From the NCBI GenBank assembly GCA_038882955.1, contig JAVZNC010000004.1, positions 32,001 through 96,000 of the forward strand: a DNA stretch of 64,000 nt, written 5' to 3'. Below, in pieces: positions 48,231 to 57,745 of this stretch (its first letter is position 1; every line of letters begins with the position of its first letter). The translations under genes and the position numbers were made by a program. This DNA is from Candidatus Bathyarchaeia archaeon. Its GTDB lineage: Archaea; Thermoproteota; Bathyarchaeia; Bathyarchaeales; Bathycorpusculaceae. A model generated the notes under the pieces. That model worked only from the letters and a program-made list of their open reading frames with translations, was not told the DNA's origin and made no database searches.

Positions 48231-49649
48231 ATGCGTGCGGAGGAGAAAGACACGGTTAAGCGTGAATTGGACTTTGTAAGCGCTTCTGATATGAGTATGC
48301 TCACAGACCTTTACGAGTTGACAATGTGTGCAAGTTACTTTGACAACAAAAGGAACGAGCTAGCAACCTTTGACTTGTTTATAAGGCGGTTGCCGCCAAA
48401 CAGATCCTACTTTGTCTTCGCTGGTTTGGAGCAAGCGCTAATTTATCTTGAAAGGATGCGTTTCACCGATGAACATTTGGAATATCTGCGTAAGCACGGC
48501 TTTAAGGATGACTTTCTTGACTATCTGAAAAAGTTCAAGTTCAGCGGCGAGGTTTGGGCGATTCCAGAAGGCACAATAGTTTTTCCAAACGAACCGCTGA
48601 TTAGGGTTACCGCCCCAATAATTGAAGCTCAAATCGTTGAATCATTCCTTTTGAACACTGTTAACTTGCAAACCACAATTGCAACAAAAGCCTCTAGAGT
48701 TGTGTGCGCTGCAAAGGGAAAACCCGTAATCGAGTTTGGTTTGAGGCGCACGCATGGCACGGATGCTGGAATGAAGGCGGCTAGGTGCAGCTACATAGCC
48801 GGATGCAGCGGAACATCAAATGTGCTGGCTGGCTTGCGTTATGGCATACCAATTTTTGGAACTATGGCGCATTCGTTCATACTCTTTTTTGATCGTGAAA
48901 TTGAAGCTTTTCGTGCATTCGCAAAAACCTTCCCGAAAAACTCCACTTTCCTAATAGACACGTTTGATGACGTTAAGGGCGCGGAAAAAGCGGCAATTGT
49001 CGCTAAAGAAATGGAGAAGCAAGGTTTTAGGCTGAACAGCGTAAGAATTGACAGCGGAGACCTCGTGGAGATAAGCAAAAAGGTCCGCGCAATCCTAGAC
49101 AAGAAGGATTTAGACTATGTCAAAATCTTTGCCAGCGGAGACTTGGACGAGTATAAAGTTGAGGAACTGCTGCAAAAAGGCGCAAAAATCGACGCTTTCG
49201 GCGTTGGAACAAGAATGAGCACGTCGGAAGACAGACCATACGTGGACGTCATCTACAAGCTTTGCGAGCGCATGGACAAAAGTGGCAGGATGGTTCCAGC
49301 TATGAAGCTAAGCAAGGGCAAACTCACTCTTCCAGGAAGGAAACAAGTTTTCAGGGTTAAAGATGCGGATGGCATGTTCAAGAAAGATGTTATTGCTTTG
49401 CATGACGAGAAGGTTGAAGGCGAACCATTACTTGTGAAGGTTATGGAGAAGGGCAAAATAGTTTATGATTTGCCGTCGCTTGACGCCATTAGGAAGAAAG
49501 CTCTAGAAAACCTTTCTAGGCTTCCAGAGAAGTACAAGAAACTTAAGGGTGCACCGCAATATCCAGTTGAGTTAAGCCCAAAACTGAAAAGGCTAATAGA
49601 GGAATTGACTGTTAAGCTGAAGAGGGCAGAGGTTGAGGGCGCAATCTAA
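48231..49649 (+). CDS. pncB: Nicotinate phosphoribosyltransferase
   Basis: LTDLYELTM, EFGLRR, GTMAHS, LIDT, RIDSGD, FGVGT. Confidence 0.95.
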   Translation: MRAEEKDTVKRELDFVSASDMSMLTDLYELTMCASYFDNKRNELATFDLFIRRLPPNRSYFVFAGLEQALIYLERMRFTDEHLEYLRKHGFKDDFLDYLKKFKFSGEVWAIPEGTIVFPNEPLIRVTAPIIEAQIVESFLLNTVNLQTTIATKASRVVCAAKGKPVIEFGLRRTHGTDAGMKAARCSYIAGCSGTSNVLAGLRYGIPIFGTMAHSFILFFDREIEAFRAFAKTFPKNSTFLIDTFDDVKGAEKAAIVAKEMEKQGFRLNSVRIDSGDLVEISKKVRAILDKKDLDYVKIFASGDLDEYKVEELLQKGAKIDAFGVGTRMSTSEDRPYVDVIYKLCERMDKSGRMVPAMKLSKGKLTLPGRKQVFRVKDADGMFKKDVIALHDEKVEGEPLLVKVMEKGKIVYDLPSLDAIRKKALENLSRLPEKYKKLKGAPQYPVELSPKLKRLIEELTVKLKRAEVEGAI

Positions 49650-50188
49650 AATCCCGCTGCTGACGCGAGAAGATTGATGAATCCAACTTCTATTACGGCT
49701 GCAACCAAAAATATTGAATAAATAAAGACCAAATCTCTTGTTGACATCGTTCTGCCCAATGTTTTACTTATTGTTAGGTAAATGCCATAACCTTCCAAAA
49801 TTCCAATCGGCGCGCTTATCAATAGAATCTGCGGCAAATATGCAATGTCTACTCCACCGTAGGTTAGTCCGCTCACGCGCAGAATGCTTAGAAAAAGCAC
49901 GACAAATGTGAATACTGCGGCGAAAATCCGCGGATGCTGAAGCAGAATGTCCGCATACTTTTCCCTTTTAAAAAAGTTTAGTAGCACCAAATTGACGTAG
50001 AATGTCATGCCAAGCAGAATAAGCGAAATCGCAAGTATGTTATGCACAAAAAGCATGAGCATGGCGAGGAGCTGATTGCTGAAGAAGTCGCCCACAACTC
50101 TAAAGAACATTATGTTCTCAAAATAGGCTATGGCAAGAAAAGCCACAAACACCAGGCCCAGCAGTATCGTCTTCCTCTTTAAATCCAG
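49646..50188 (-). CDS. Integral membrane protein (SpoIIM-like); probable CTG start
   Basis: LFVHN, P.GILE, AAVIE motifs; GGAGG 7 nt before an in-frame CTG at 50188. Confidence 0.65.
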   Translation of the reverse strand: MDLKRKTILLGLVFVAFLAIAYFENIMFFRVVGDFFSNQLLAMLMLFVHNILAISLILLGMTFYVNLVLLNFFKREKYADILLQHPRIFAAVFTFVVLFLSILRVSGLTYGGVDIAYLPQILLISAPIGILEGYGIYLTISKTLGRTMSTRDLVFIYSIFLVAAVIEVGFINLLASAAGF

Positions 50189-50239
50189 ATTTATGCCTCC
50201 CGTGTGAAAGAACTCGTAATGACGTTCTGATAATTGAAA

Positions 50240-50563
50240 TTATCGGTTATGCACTTTTTCACGTCTTATCTCGAATATTACTGTTCCGCCTTCCGTGTAT
50301 GGTTCTCCAGGGTCCAGGCATTGCACGTAGCCCTTATCCCCTTCTTCTTTTGCTAGTCCCAAATCCTTGAAGCCTATTCCTTTGCTCAGTGGGATAATCA
50401 TTGAGAGCATTGAGCCCAAAGCATGAACGCACAAGTTGTCAGTTTTCTTCAAGAGTATTTTTGGCTGTTCTATGACTATTCTGTCTCCAACCTTGAAGAC
50501 TGGACATTTTCCACGTATCTCCTTTACAGTTATTACTAAACGGTAATTTTCTGCGCTTCGCAT
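50240..50563 (-). CDS. TIGR04076-family protein
   Basis: GKCPVFKVGD, LCVHAL, VQCLDPG..Y..GGTVIF. Confidence 0.8.
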   Translation of the reverse strand: MRSAENYRLVITVKEIRGKCPVFKVGDRIVIEQPKILLKKTDNLCVHALGSMLSMIIPLSKGIGFKDLGLAKEEGDKGYVQCLDPGEPYTEGGTVIFEIRREKVHNR

Positions 50564-50689
50564 GTTCCTTGCCTCTGACCGCATTTGTCTATTATGGGAT
50601 TATGAATTTTTCGTGTCTGCAAAATGGCAAACACTTAAAAGTTTCAATGGAAAGGGATAATTGCATAACTGTGAAAGGTGCAGGTGTAA

Positions 50690-51886
50690 ATGCCGAACTG
50701 TCCAGCCATAGTTGCTGTTGGAAGAACAAAATTCGGAGAACATTACGAGAAGGAGCCAGAAAAACTCATCGAGGAGGCTTGGTTGAGGGCTTCTGAAGAT
50801 GCTGGTATCGAACGCAGAGACCTTGAAGCATGCTACTTGTCCGACTACTTTTTGCCAATAACAAACAAGCTTGGACTTGAGGAGGGCTTCCTTTCCGAAC
50901 TCACCGAACTTCATGTTCCAATGGAAGTCACACGTTCATTCAGCTCCGCACTATCAAACGCTTGTAACGCAATTCAAGCTGGAAGATACAGCGTGGTTTT
51001 GGTTGGCGGCATAGAGAAGATGACTGACCGTTGGGACAAGATTCGAGATGACCTTATGCTTTTGGAAGACCCTTGGAGTTATTATGCTGGATGCACGCCC
51101 GAAGCAAACCACGAGCTTATGCTTAGAGCCTACATTAAAAAGTACGGGGTTAAGGGCGAAGATTTGGAGAAGCTAAACACGGCGTTGGCACAGATTTCCG
51201 TTAAGAACCATCTGCACGCCACGAAGAATGAGTATGCCCAGTACCAGAGAAAAATAACCGTTGAACAGGTTTTAAATGCACGTAAAGAGGCGCGGAAACA
51301 TTTGGGACTTTATGATTTTGCACCTATTTCCGACGGCGCCTCAGCACTGATTCTCACAAGCGAGGATGTTGCCAAAAAGTTTACGGAAAAACCAGTTTAT
51401 GTTCTAGGCTTTGCTTCAGCAACCGACTATCTAACCTTTCCAGCAAGGCAAGACCTGACACGTTTTGTTGTTAGTGAAATTGCCATGAAAGAAGCGCTGG
51501 AAAGAGCCGGAATAAGCCTTTGGGACATACAAATTCTAGAGGTTTATGACCAGTCAACGGTTATGGAGATGATTTCCCTTGAGGATTTGGGTTTCTGCAA
51601 GCGTGGAGGCGCTTGGAAAAGCATATACCAAAGCTGCCAAGACTATAAAGGGTATTACGAAATCGACGGTAAAAGGCTTTTCGTGAACATGAATGGCGGT
51701 TTGAAGGCTGACGGAAACCCACTTGGCGCAACTGGAGGCGCCCAAATCTTCGAGGTTGTTAAGCAGTTGAGGGGCGAGGCTGGCGAACGCCAAGTTATGG
51801 TTGGTGAAGCGCCGAAATACGGTTGCATATTGGAGTTGGAGGGTTTTGGAACCAAAGGTTACGTTTACATTTTGGGGAGGGATTAG
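50690..51886 (+). CDS. Archaeal thiolase-fold protein lacking catalytic motifs
   Basis: GRTKFG, GGIEKMTD, VKNH, PISDGASA, N..GGLKA.G.P.GATG; nucleophile Cys, HDCF and GHP motifs all altered. Confidence 0.88.
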   Translation: MPNCPAIVAVGRTKFGEHYEKEPEKLIEEAWLRASEDAGIERRDLEACYLSDYFLPITNKLGLEEGFLSELTELHVPMEVTRSFSSALSNACNAIQAGRYSVVLVGGIEKMTDRWDKIRDDLMLLEDPWSYYAGCTPEANHELMLRAYIKKYGVKGEDLEKLNTALAQISVKNHLHATKNEYAQYQRKITVEQVLNARKEARKHLGLYDFAPISDGASALILTSEDVAKKFTEKPVYVLGFASATDYLTFPARQDLTRFVVSEIAMKEALERAGISLWDIQILEVYDQSTVMEMISLEDLGFCKRGGAWKSIYQSCQDYKGYYEIDGKRLFVNMNGGLKADGNPLGATGGAQIFEVVKQLRGEAGERQVMVGEAPKYGCILELEGFGTKGYVYILGRD

Positions 51887-51889
51887 TCC

Positions 51890-53398
51890 ATGAGTAGCGA
51901 ACCAGTAGAGAGAAGAGTTTCATATCTTGGCGATAGGTTAAAGGGATGCCGCTGCCTAATATGCGGTAAAGAATATTTTGAAATAAGGGATTATTGTGGT
52001 TCATGCGGAAGAAAAAGCTTCGGAAAAATAGCCAACATAGACCTTTTCTACGACAAAGGCGTCCTTGAAGTTTGCACCCTCATAAACGAGCCAACAAACA
52101 AGTTCACAAAGCTCGGCAGCTACGTTTACGGCATAGTCTCCTTCCACAATGGAAAAATTCGCGTTCCAGGAAGACTCACAGACCACATGATAAAGCAAGG
52201 CGAGGAAATGGACTTTTCAACCTTTGAGGGGCGCGAGGTTGTTCCAAGGTTTAGAAGACGCTACTCGGTTGATAGAAGCGACATCATTCCAACAATTTCC
52301 TTGGCTTTCACGTTCGCGGACGAGTATTACCCACACCAAGAATACACAATTGTGAAGCCTAGCAAGGAGTACGAAGCGCCTGGAATAGTTGGCTATGGCG
52401 TTTACACATCGAAATTCAGAATAAAAGAGGGCAACATAACCCGTTCAATCCCGTTCATCGACGAAGATGCCATAACAGCTGCTGTTGAAGCTGGAAAACT
52501 TGCGCTGATACATTCTGGCGTCGACAGCACGCTTGTGGGCAAAGTTTACGTGGGTTCAGAATCAAACCCATACGCCGTCAAGCCGATAGCCTCAAAAGTC
52601 GCCCAAGTCCTAAAGCTCGGTGAGGAAGATGAAGGCATTCAAGGTGTTGACGCGGTTGATACAGAATTCGCATGTAAAGCTGCCACAAGCATGTTTAAGG
52701 ACGCCGCGTCGCTTGTCAACTATCCAAAAGCAAATATTCAATACGCAATGGTTATAGGCGCGGACAACTCCCAAGCAGCGCCGAGGGACTGTCCAGGCGG
52801 CGAACTAGACCTTTTTGTAGGCTTTGGCGGATGCGCCTATGTCTTTGGAAAAACCGACCTAATAGCCGAAATTGAAGGGTGGTATTCATGCACCTCAGAC
52901 ACGCCTGACTTCTGGCGTAGAGACGGCGAACCATTTCCAATGCATGGCGGAAGGTTCACTGGAGACCCAGCCTACTTTAAACACATCCGCAAAGCCGCAA
53001 AGAAACTCATGGAAAGGCTAGGCTTAAAGCCAAGCGACATAAACTATTTTGTTGCACATCAGCCTAACGTCCAATTTCCAGTTCGCATAGCAAAAGAACT
53101 TGGCTTCAAAGAAGAACAGTATACGCCTTCACTTCAAATTGCGAACTTCGGCAACACCTATTCGGGGTCTTCACCAGTCGGCTTGGCAGCAGTCTTGGAC
53201 ATAGCCAAACCAGAAGAGCGCATACTAATCGTCAGCTATGGCTCTGGAGCTGGAAGCGACGCCTACTCACTTGTTACGACAAGCCAAATAGTTGAAAAGC
53301 GAAAACGCCAAAAAATGACTGTTGCCTACCAAGCTAAAAACTCGTTCCTAGAGTATGTGGATTACACAACTTATAGGCGGCTGAAACTTGGAATGTAG
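51890..53398 (+). CDS. DUF35 (Zn-ribbon/OB-fold) fused to HMG-CoA synthase
   Basis: N-terminal G.RCLICG......DYCGSC plus OB fold; then EDAIT.AVEA, GSES.PYAVKP, EFACKA, DTPDFWRR, RFTG.PAYF, HQPN, GNTYSG, SYGSGAGSD. Confidence 0.92.
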   Translation: MSSEPVERRVSYLGDRLKGCRCLICGKEYFEIRDYCGSCGRKSFGKIANIDLFYDKGVLEVCTLINEPTNKFTKLGSYVYGIVSFHNGKIRVPGRLTDHMIKQGEEMDFSTFEGREVVPRFRRRYSVDRSDIIPTISLAFTFADEYYPHQEYTIVKPSKEYEAPGIVGYGVYTSKFRIKEGNITRSIPFIDEDAITAAVEAGKLALIHSGVDSTLVGKVYVGSESNPYAVKPIASKVAQVLKLGEEDEGIQGVDAVDTEFACKAATSMFKDAASLVNYPKANIQYAMVIGADNSQAAPRDCPGGELDLFVGFGGCAYVFGKTDLIAEIEGWYSCTSDTPDFWRRDGEPFPMHGGRFTGDPAYFKHIRKAAKKLMERLGLKPSDINYFVAHQPNVQFPVRIAKELGFKEEQYTPSLQIANFGNTYSGSSPVGLAAVLDIAKPEERILIVSYGSGAGSDAYSLVTTSQIVEKRKRQKMTVAYQAKNSFLEYVDYTTYRRLKLGM

Positions 53399-53431
53399 CA
53401 AACCATTAATAAAAGGGAGAAAACAACAATA

Positions 53432-54643
53432 ATGGCTGCGGAGAATAAAAAGGTGTTTGCATACGACATATTCAAGGTAATATATGCTCCACAAAAGGCT
53501 TTTAGGGAAATCGCCCAAAACCCAAGATACATTGGACCAATACTCATAATGATACTTTTCATAGCTGGAAACATGGCTTTCATTTACACGCTAATGTCAA
53601 AAACATACGTTGAGCAAACATTACCATCTGGGAGCTTTGAAAAGAAAGACGAATGGACGGAAAACGCAACACTGTGGATGACAACACTCATGCCGGGAGT
53701 AAATGTCACAGAAAATTATGCAGATTACGTAAACAGCACACCAGGGATAGTCCCAATGTACTTCACAATTTACTATGGCAACAAAAGCATCCAATTCTCA
53801 ATAAACGAAAGCGCAACAATATGGATGCAGCTGGACAACATAGGACCGATAGACTGCTCAGAATCGGGTTACAATAGCACGTCAATGCGAATTAAAAGCT
53901 TAAATCCAAACGAGAACCCGGAAAACGCGACAATACATTTGTACTCAACAACAACGGACTATTTCAGCTACAATTTTACCAGCCAACTCAATTTCACAAG
54001 TGCAGATTGGAACAATTTGACGATTCCCCTTAGAACGCAAAAGTGGCAGGACAGCGGCAACGCAAACTGGAGCAGCATAAACAGCCTTAAACTGGAATTT
54101 ACTTGGAGCGCGCCGAAAAACATAACGTTGCTTGTTGATGGATTGTTTTTCCACGGCGCCTTCAGTTCACCGTCAGCATACATTTCAGAATACTTGTTCA
54201 CGTACTCAACAACATCATTTATGCAGTTCACCATCAACTGGGTTGTCCTAGGCGGATTAATATACATAATGTCAAAGGCGTTCCGCGGCAAAACGGTGTG
54301 GAAAACCTCACTGGTCATGGCTGGGTTTGCGCTAATAACGCTATTCGTTCAATCTTTAATTTACTTTGTCATTTTCTCAAGTTCACCAGTCATGTATTAT
54401 AATTTTGAGCTGCTTGGAAAAGTTGCAGGCGAAAGCGAAAAAGCCTATGAAAACCTTGTTGCTGGCACATGGGTTTTTTCAACAATTTATCAGTATACCT
54501 CAATCGCCATATCAATATGGACAATTGTTCTATGCGCTGTTGCCGCTCGCGTTGCAAACGAGTTTTCATGGAGCAAAAGCGCCCTAATAGCTGTAGTAGC
54601 CTACTACGCAACTACCATAATCATGAGTTTTCTCCTTGCGTGA
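53432..54643 (+). CDS. Yip1-family membrane protein with large extracellular insertion
   Basis: VIYAP.KAF.EI Yip1 start; 1 TM, then about 190 aa sequon-rich domain, then 4 TM. Confidence 0.75.
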   Translation: MAAENKKVFAYDIFKVIYAPQKAFREIAQNPRYIGPILIMILFIAGNMAFIYTLMSKTYVEQTLPSGSFEKKDEWTENATLWMTTLMPGVNVTENYADYVNSTPGIVPMYFTIYYGNKSIQFSINESATIWMQLDNIGPIDCSESGYNSTSMRIKSLNPNENPENATIHLYSTTTDYFSYNFTSQLNFTSADWNNLTIPLRTQKWQDSGNANWSSINSLKLEFTWSAPKNITLLVDGLFFHGAFSSPSAYISEYLFTYSTTSFMQFTINWVVLGGLIYIMSKAFRGKTVWKTSLVMAGFALITLFVQSLIYFVIFSSSPVMYYNFELLGKVAGESEKAYENLVAGTWVFSTIYQYTSIAISIWTIVLCAVAARVANEFSWSKSALIAVVAYYATTIIMSFLLA

Positions 54644-54698
54644 TAAACTTATAAGAAAGGGCGAGTATGCAAAGGTTTGTTTTGGCAGCGTGTTAACA

Positions 54699-55403
54699 AT
54701 GACCGCAATCCTAAATGTAAGTGATGTCAAAAAGAGTTATCGCATTGGCAAAGTGTTGGTGCCCGCCTTACGCGGGGTAAGCTTCGATGTTGAAGAAGGC
54801 GAATTTCTGACAATTTTTGGTCCTTCTGGTAGTGGAAAGTCGACGCTGCTGCATTTGATAGGTTGCCTAGACCGTCCAGACGAAGGCGAAATTCACATAG
54901 ACGGAGCCAACATCCTAAAGTTAAGCGACGATAAATTGGCTGAGCTTCGCCTTCACAAAATCGGTTTCGTCTTTCAATTCTTCAATTTGCTGCCAAGGCT
55001 TTCAGCTCTGAGGAATGTGGAATTGCCATTAACGATTGCTGGCGTGCCAGAAAAAGAGGCTTTGAGCAGGGCTGAGGAGATGCTTAGATTTGTTGGTTTA
55101 GAAGCGCGTATGAACCATAAGCCGTCTGAATTGAGTGGTGGCGAACAACAACGTGTAGCCATTGCAAGAGCCCTAATTAACAATCCGAAAATTGTTTTGG
55201 CAGACGAGCCGACTGGAAATCTTGACACAAAAACTGGATGGGAAATAGTTCAACTTATGCGAAAGCTGAATGAAGAGCGAAAACAAACATTTATAATCGT
55301 CACTCACGACCCGCAAATAGCAGAAACGGCAGACCGCATAATCCACCTTAGAGACGGCTTAATCGAAGGAATAAAAAAGGCGCCAAGAAGGAATAAGCCA
55401 TGA
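54699..55403 (+). CDS. ABC transporter ATP-binding protein (LolD/MacB type)
   Basis: [32 protein letters not shown]. Confidence 0.95.
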   Translation: MTAILNVSDVKKSYRIGKVLVPALRGVSFDVEEGEFLTIFGPSGSGKSTLLHLIGCLDRPDEGEIHIDGANILKLSDDKLAELRLHKIGFVFQFFNLLPRLSALRNVELPLTIAGVPEKEALSRAEEMLRFVGLEARMNHKPSELSGGEQQRVAIARALINNPKIVLADEPTGNLDTKTGWEIVQLMRKLNEERKQTFIIVTHDPQIAETADRIIHLRDGLIEGIKKAPRRNKP

Positions 55404-56668
55404 AAGCGACAAAGATACTCGTCACAGCATGGGATAACCTAAAACAACGAAAACTGAGGACTTCACTAACAACGCTTGGCGTTGTAATTGGGATAACCAC
55501 AATTATAGCCATTGCCTCGCTTGGCGAAGGGTTCAGACTGGAAGTAAGGCAAAGATTGGAACAAGGGTTCGAACTCGACGTCCTAATAGTTTTTCCAGGA
55601 AGCTTTGCAGCCGGTTTAACAGGCGGATTTAATGATACAGACGTTGAAAACATTAAGGCCATAGACAATGTAACCCTTGTAACACCATTAATAACCATGC
55701 CTCTGGTGCAGGACATGGAGCTAAAAAACAGCGAAACGGGGAAAAAACTCGGCGCGTTTACAGTGGGCGCCGTAAACTTCACTGAAATGAGCGCGATTCT
55801 TCCATTGAGATTTAACGTTTCAAGCGGTAGGTTTCCACAGCAAGATGAGAATCAATCAATTGTTCTTGGCTACAAAGCCAGCGTTGTCAATGATACGGTC
55901 ATAGCAGACGTAAACGACACCGTTTCTCTAATTATGCCTGGCTACACCGTGAACTTTACAGTTTCTGGAATTTTAGTAAAGGGAGGAACATCTGGAATAA
56001 CAAACTTTGATTACTGGGCTTTCATTCCAATTCAAACTGCACTTAAAATGCCCCAGATCATGGCTAACCCAAAACCATACCAAATTATCCTTGTGAAGGT
56101 TTCCAACCCGCAATACGCGGAATCCGTTGCAAAAGAAGTGGAACAGCTTTTTCCACCATACTCCGTCACAGTTTTTGTGCCATCCGCCTTAATGCGTCAA
56201 GTTGATTACATTCTAAACATTGTTCAGTTGTTTTTGGTTGCAATAGGCTCTATTTCGCTTTTGGTTGCGGGTGTCAGCATTATGAATATCATGACTGTGG
56301 CTGTTATGGAGCGAACCCGCGAGATTGGAATAATGAAGGCTATTGGAGCCAAAAATCGAACAGTTCTGGGAATGTTTCTCGCCGAGGCTGTTTTGGTTGG
56401 AGTGATGGGCGGCTTTATCGGCGCTTTCGCTGGCTACGGACTTTCTTACGGGTTAGCGCAAATCCTCTCAAACTTTATGCAGCCCCAACGTCAAGACGCG
56501 GTTTTTCAAACGCCAGAAGCTCAAAGATTGACTGTGAACCCAGTTTTCTCTCCAGAGTGGACGATAATCGCCATAGTCTTCGCAGTGATAGTCTGCATAA
56601 TATTTGGCTTATACCCAGCCAGAAAGGCAGCAAAGCTTAACCCAGTTGAAGCATTACGTTATGAATAA
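55400..56668 (+). CDS. ABC transporter permease (MacB/FtsX type)
   Basis: RKLRTSLTTLGVVIG, ERTREIGIMKAIGA, PARKAAKLNPVEALRYE. Confidence 0.95.
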   Translation: MKATKILVTAWDNLKQRKLRTSLTTLGVVIGITTIIAIASLGEGFRLEVRQRLEQGFELDVLIVFPGSFAAGLTGGFNDTDVENIKAIDNVTLVTPLITMPLVQDMELKNSETGKKLGAFTVGAVNFTEMSAILPLRFNVSSGRFPQQDENQSIVLGYKASVVNDTVIADVNDTVSLIMPGYTVNFTVSGILVKGGTSGITNFDYWAFIPIQTALKMPQIMANPKPYQIILVKVSNPQYAESVAKEVEQLFPPYSVTVFVPSALMRQVDYILNIVQLFLVAIGSISLLVAGVSIMNIMTVAVMERTREIGIMKAIGAKNRTVLGMFLAEAVLVGVMGGFIGAFAGYGLSYGLAQILSNFMQPQRQDAVFQTPEAQRLTVNPVFSPEWTIIAIVFAVIVCIIFGLYPARKAAKLNPVEALRYE

Positions 56669-56720
56669 GCTCAGCTTATGAGAAATGTTTATATCGTTTA
56701 AGGACTTCTGTGCTCATAAC

Positions 56721-56807
56721 TAGCCGCACACTAAAAAGCCCAAGCGTGTCTAAAGTTTTTAGGCACGAAGGGTTTTGATGGTTGTAGGCTGGTTCCGCGG
56801 TAAGGAC
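56721..56807 (+). ncRNA. Candidate structured 5' leader RNA of the TRAM-SSB-TRAM operon
   Basis: TATA-like TTTATAT at 56688; nested stems AGCC/GGCT, AAAGCCC/GGGTTTT, CGTGTCTAAA/TTTAGGCACG with G-U pairs; small hairpin GTTCC/GGAC. Confidence 0.55.
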
Positions 56808-56818
56808 GAAAATTTAGT

Positions 56819-57103
56819 ATGCCAAGAAGGCTGCCTGAAAAAACGAGGAATGCCAAGAGAAGACCTAGAAGGTTTGGAAGCCAAAGTAGGTTCCGACCGA
56901 GCAGACCATTTTTCCAGTCAGCGCCTGTAAAGGAAAATCAGGAGTTAGAGGTTGTCATAGATGACATTGGAAGCAGGGGAGACGGAATAGCGAGGATACA
57001 GGGCTTCCTAATTTTTGTGCCGAATAGCAAGATAGGCGAGCGCGTAAAAGTTAGAATTCTTTCTGTCGGTCAGAAGTTTGCTGTCGCGGAGAGAATAGCC
57101 TAA
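56819..57103 (+). CDS. Single-TRAM-domain RNA-binding protein with Arg-rich N-terminus
   Basis: APVKEN.E.EV.IDDIGSRGDGIARIQGFLIFVP. Confidence 0.92.
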   Translation: MPRRLPEKTRNAKRRPRRFGSQSRFRPSRPFFQSAPVKENQELEVVIDDIGSRGDGIARIQGFLIFVPNSKIGERVKVRILSVGQKFAVAERIA

Positions 57104-57117
57104 AGAAGGTTTGATGG

Positions 57118-57408
57118 TTGAAGATTGGGGATTTGCGGAATGGAATGAAAAACGTCACGTTAGAAGCGAAGGTCATAGAGAAGACAGAGGCACATGAGGT
57201 TCTGTCAAGGTTTAAAGATGAAACCTACAAGGTTGCAACAGCCATAATCGAAGATGAAACTGGAAAAATAAAGCTCACGCTTTGGAACGAGCAGATAAAC
57301 ATGATAAAGGTTAACGACAAAATCAAACTGGAAAGAGGTTATGTCTCCTCATTTAGGGGCGAGTTGCAACTGAACGTTGGAAGAAACGGTGTATTAACAG
57401 TTATTTAA
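57118..57408 (+). CDS. Single OB-fold ssDNA-binding protein (crenarchaeal SSB-like)
   Basis: KIGDLR.GM.NV, DETGKIKLTLWNEQ, GYV..FRGE.QLNVGR.G. Confidence 0.9.
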   Translation: MKIGDLRNGMKNVTLEAKVIEKTEAHEVLSRFKDETYKVATAIIEDETGKIKLTLWNEQINMIKVNDKIKLERGYVSSFRGELQLNVGRNGVLTVI

Positions 57409-57442
57409 CCGCGGAATTGAAAACTGGACGAGGTGAATTTGT

Positions 57443-57697
57443 ATGGAAGAAAGAAGGAGCTTCGGTGCAAGAAGAGGTTTCAGAGGAAGAGAAAGGGGAA
57501 GCAGGTTTACGCCAAAACCAGTTGAGGTTGGAAAGGAATACGAAGTTGACATACAAGAAACAAGCAGACGCGGAGAAGGCATAGCAAGAATACAGGGGCT
57601 AGTCATTTTCGTGCCAAAAACGAAGCCTGGGGACCACGCGAAGATAAGGATAACCCGCATAAGCAGAAGATTTGCAGAAGCCGAAGTTATAACATAA
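57443..57697 (+). CDS. Single-TRAM-domain RNA-binding protein with RG-rich N-terminus
   Basis: PKPVEVGKEYEV.I...SRRGEGIARIQGLVIFVP..KPGD. Confidence 0.92.
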   Translation: MEERRSFGARRGFRGRERGSRFTPKPVEVGKEYEVDIQETSRRGEGIARIQGLVIFVPKTKPGDHAKIRITRISRRFAEAEVIT

Positions 57698-57745
57698 ACC
57701 GCTTATGCCGTTGTTATTAAACTGCCGCGACAATTCTCTTTGTGT

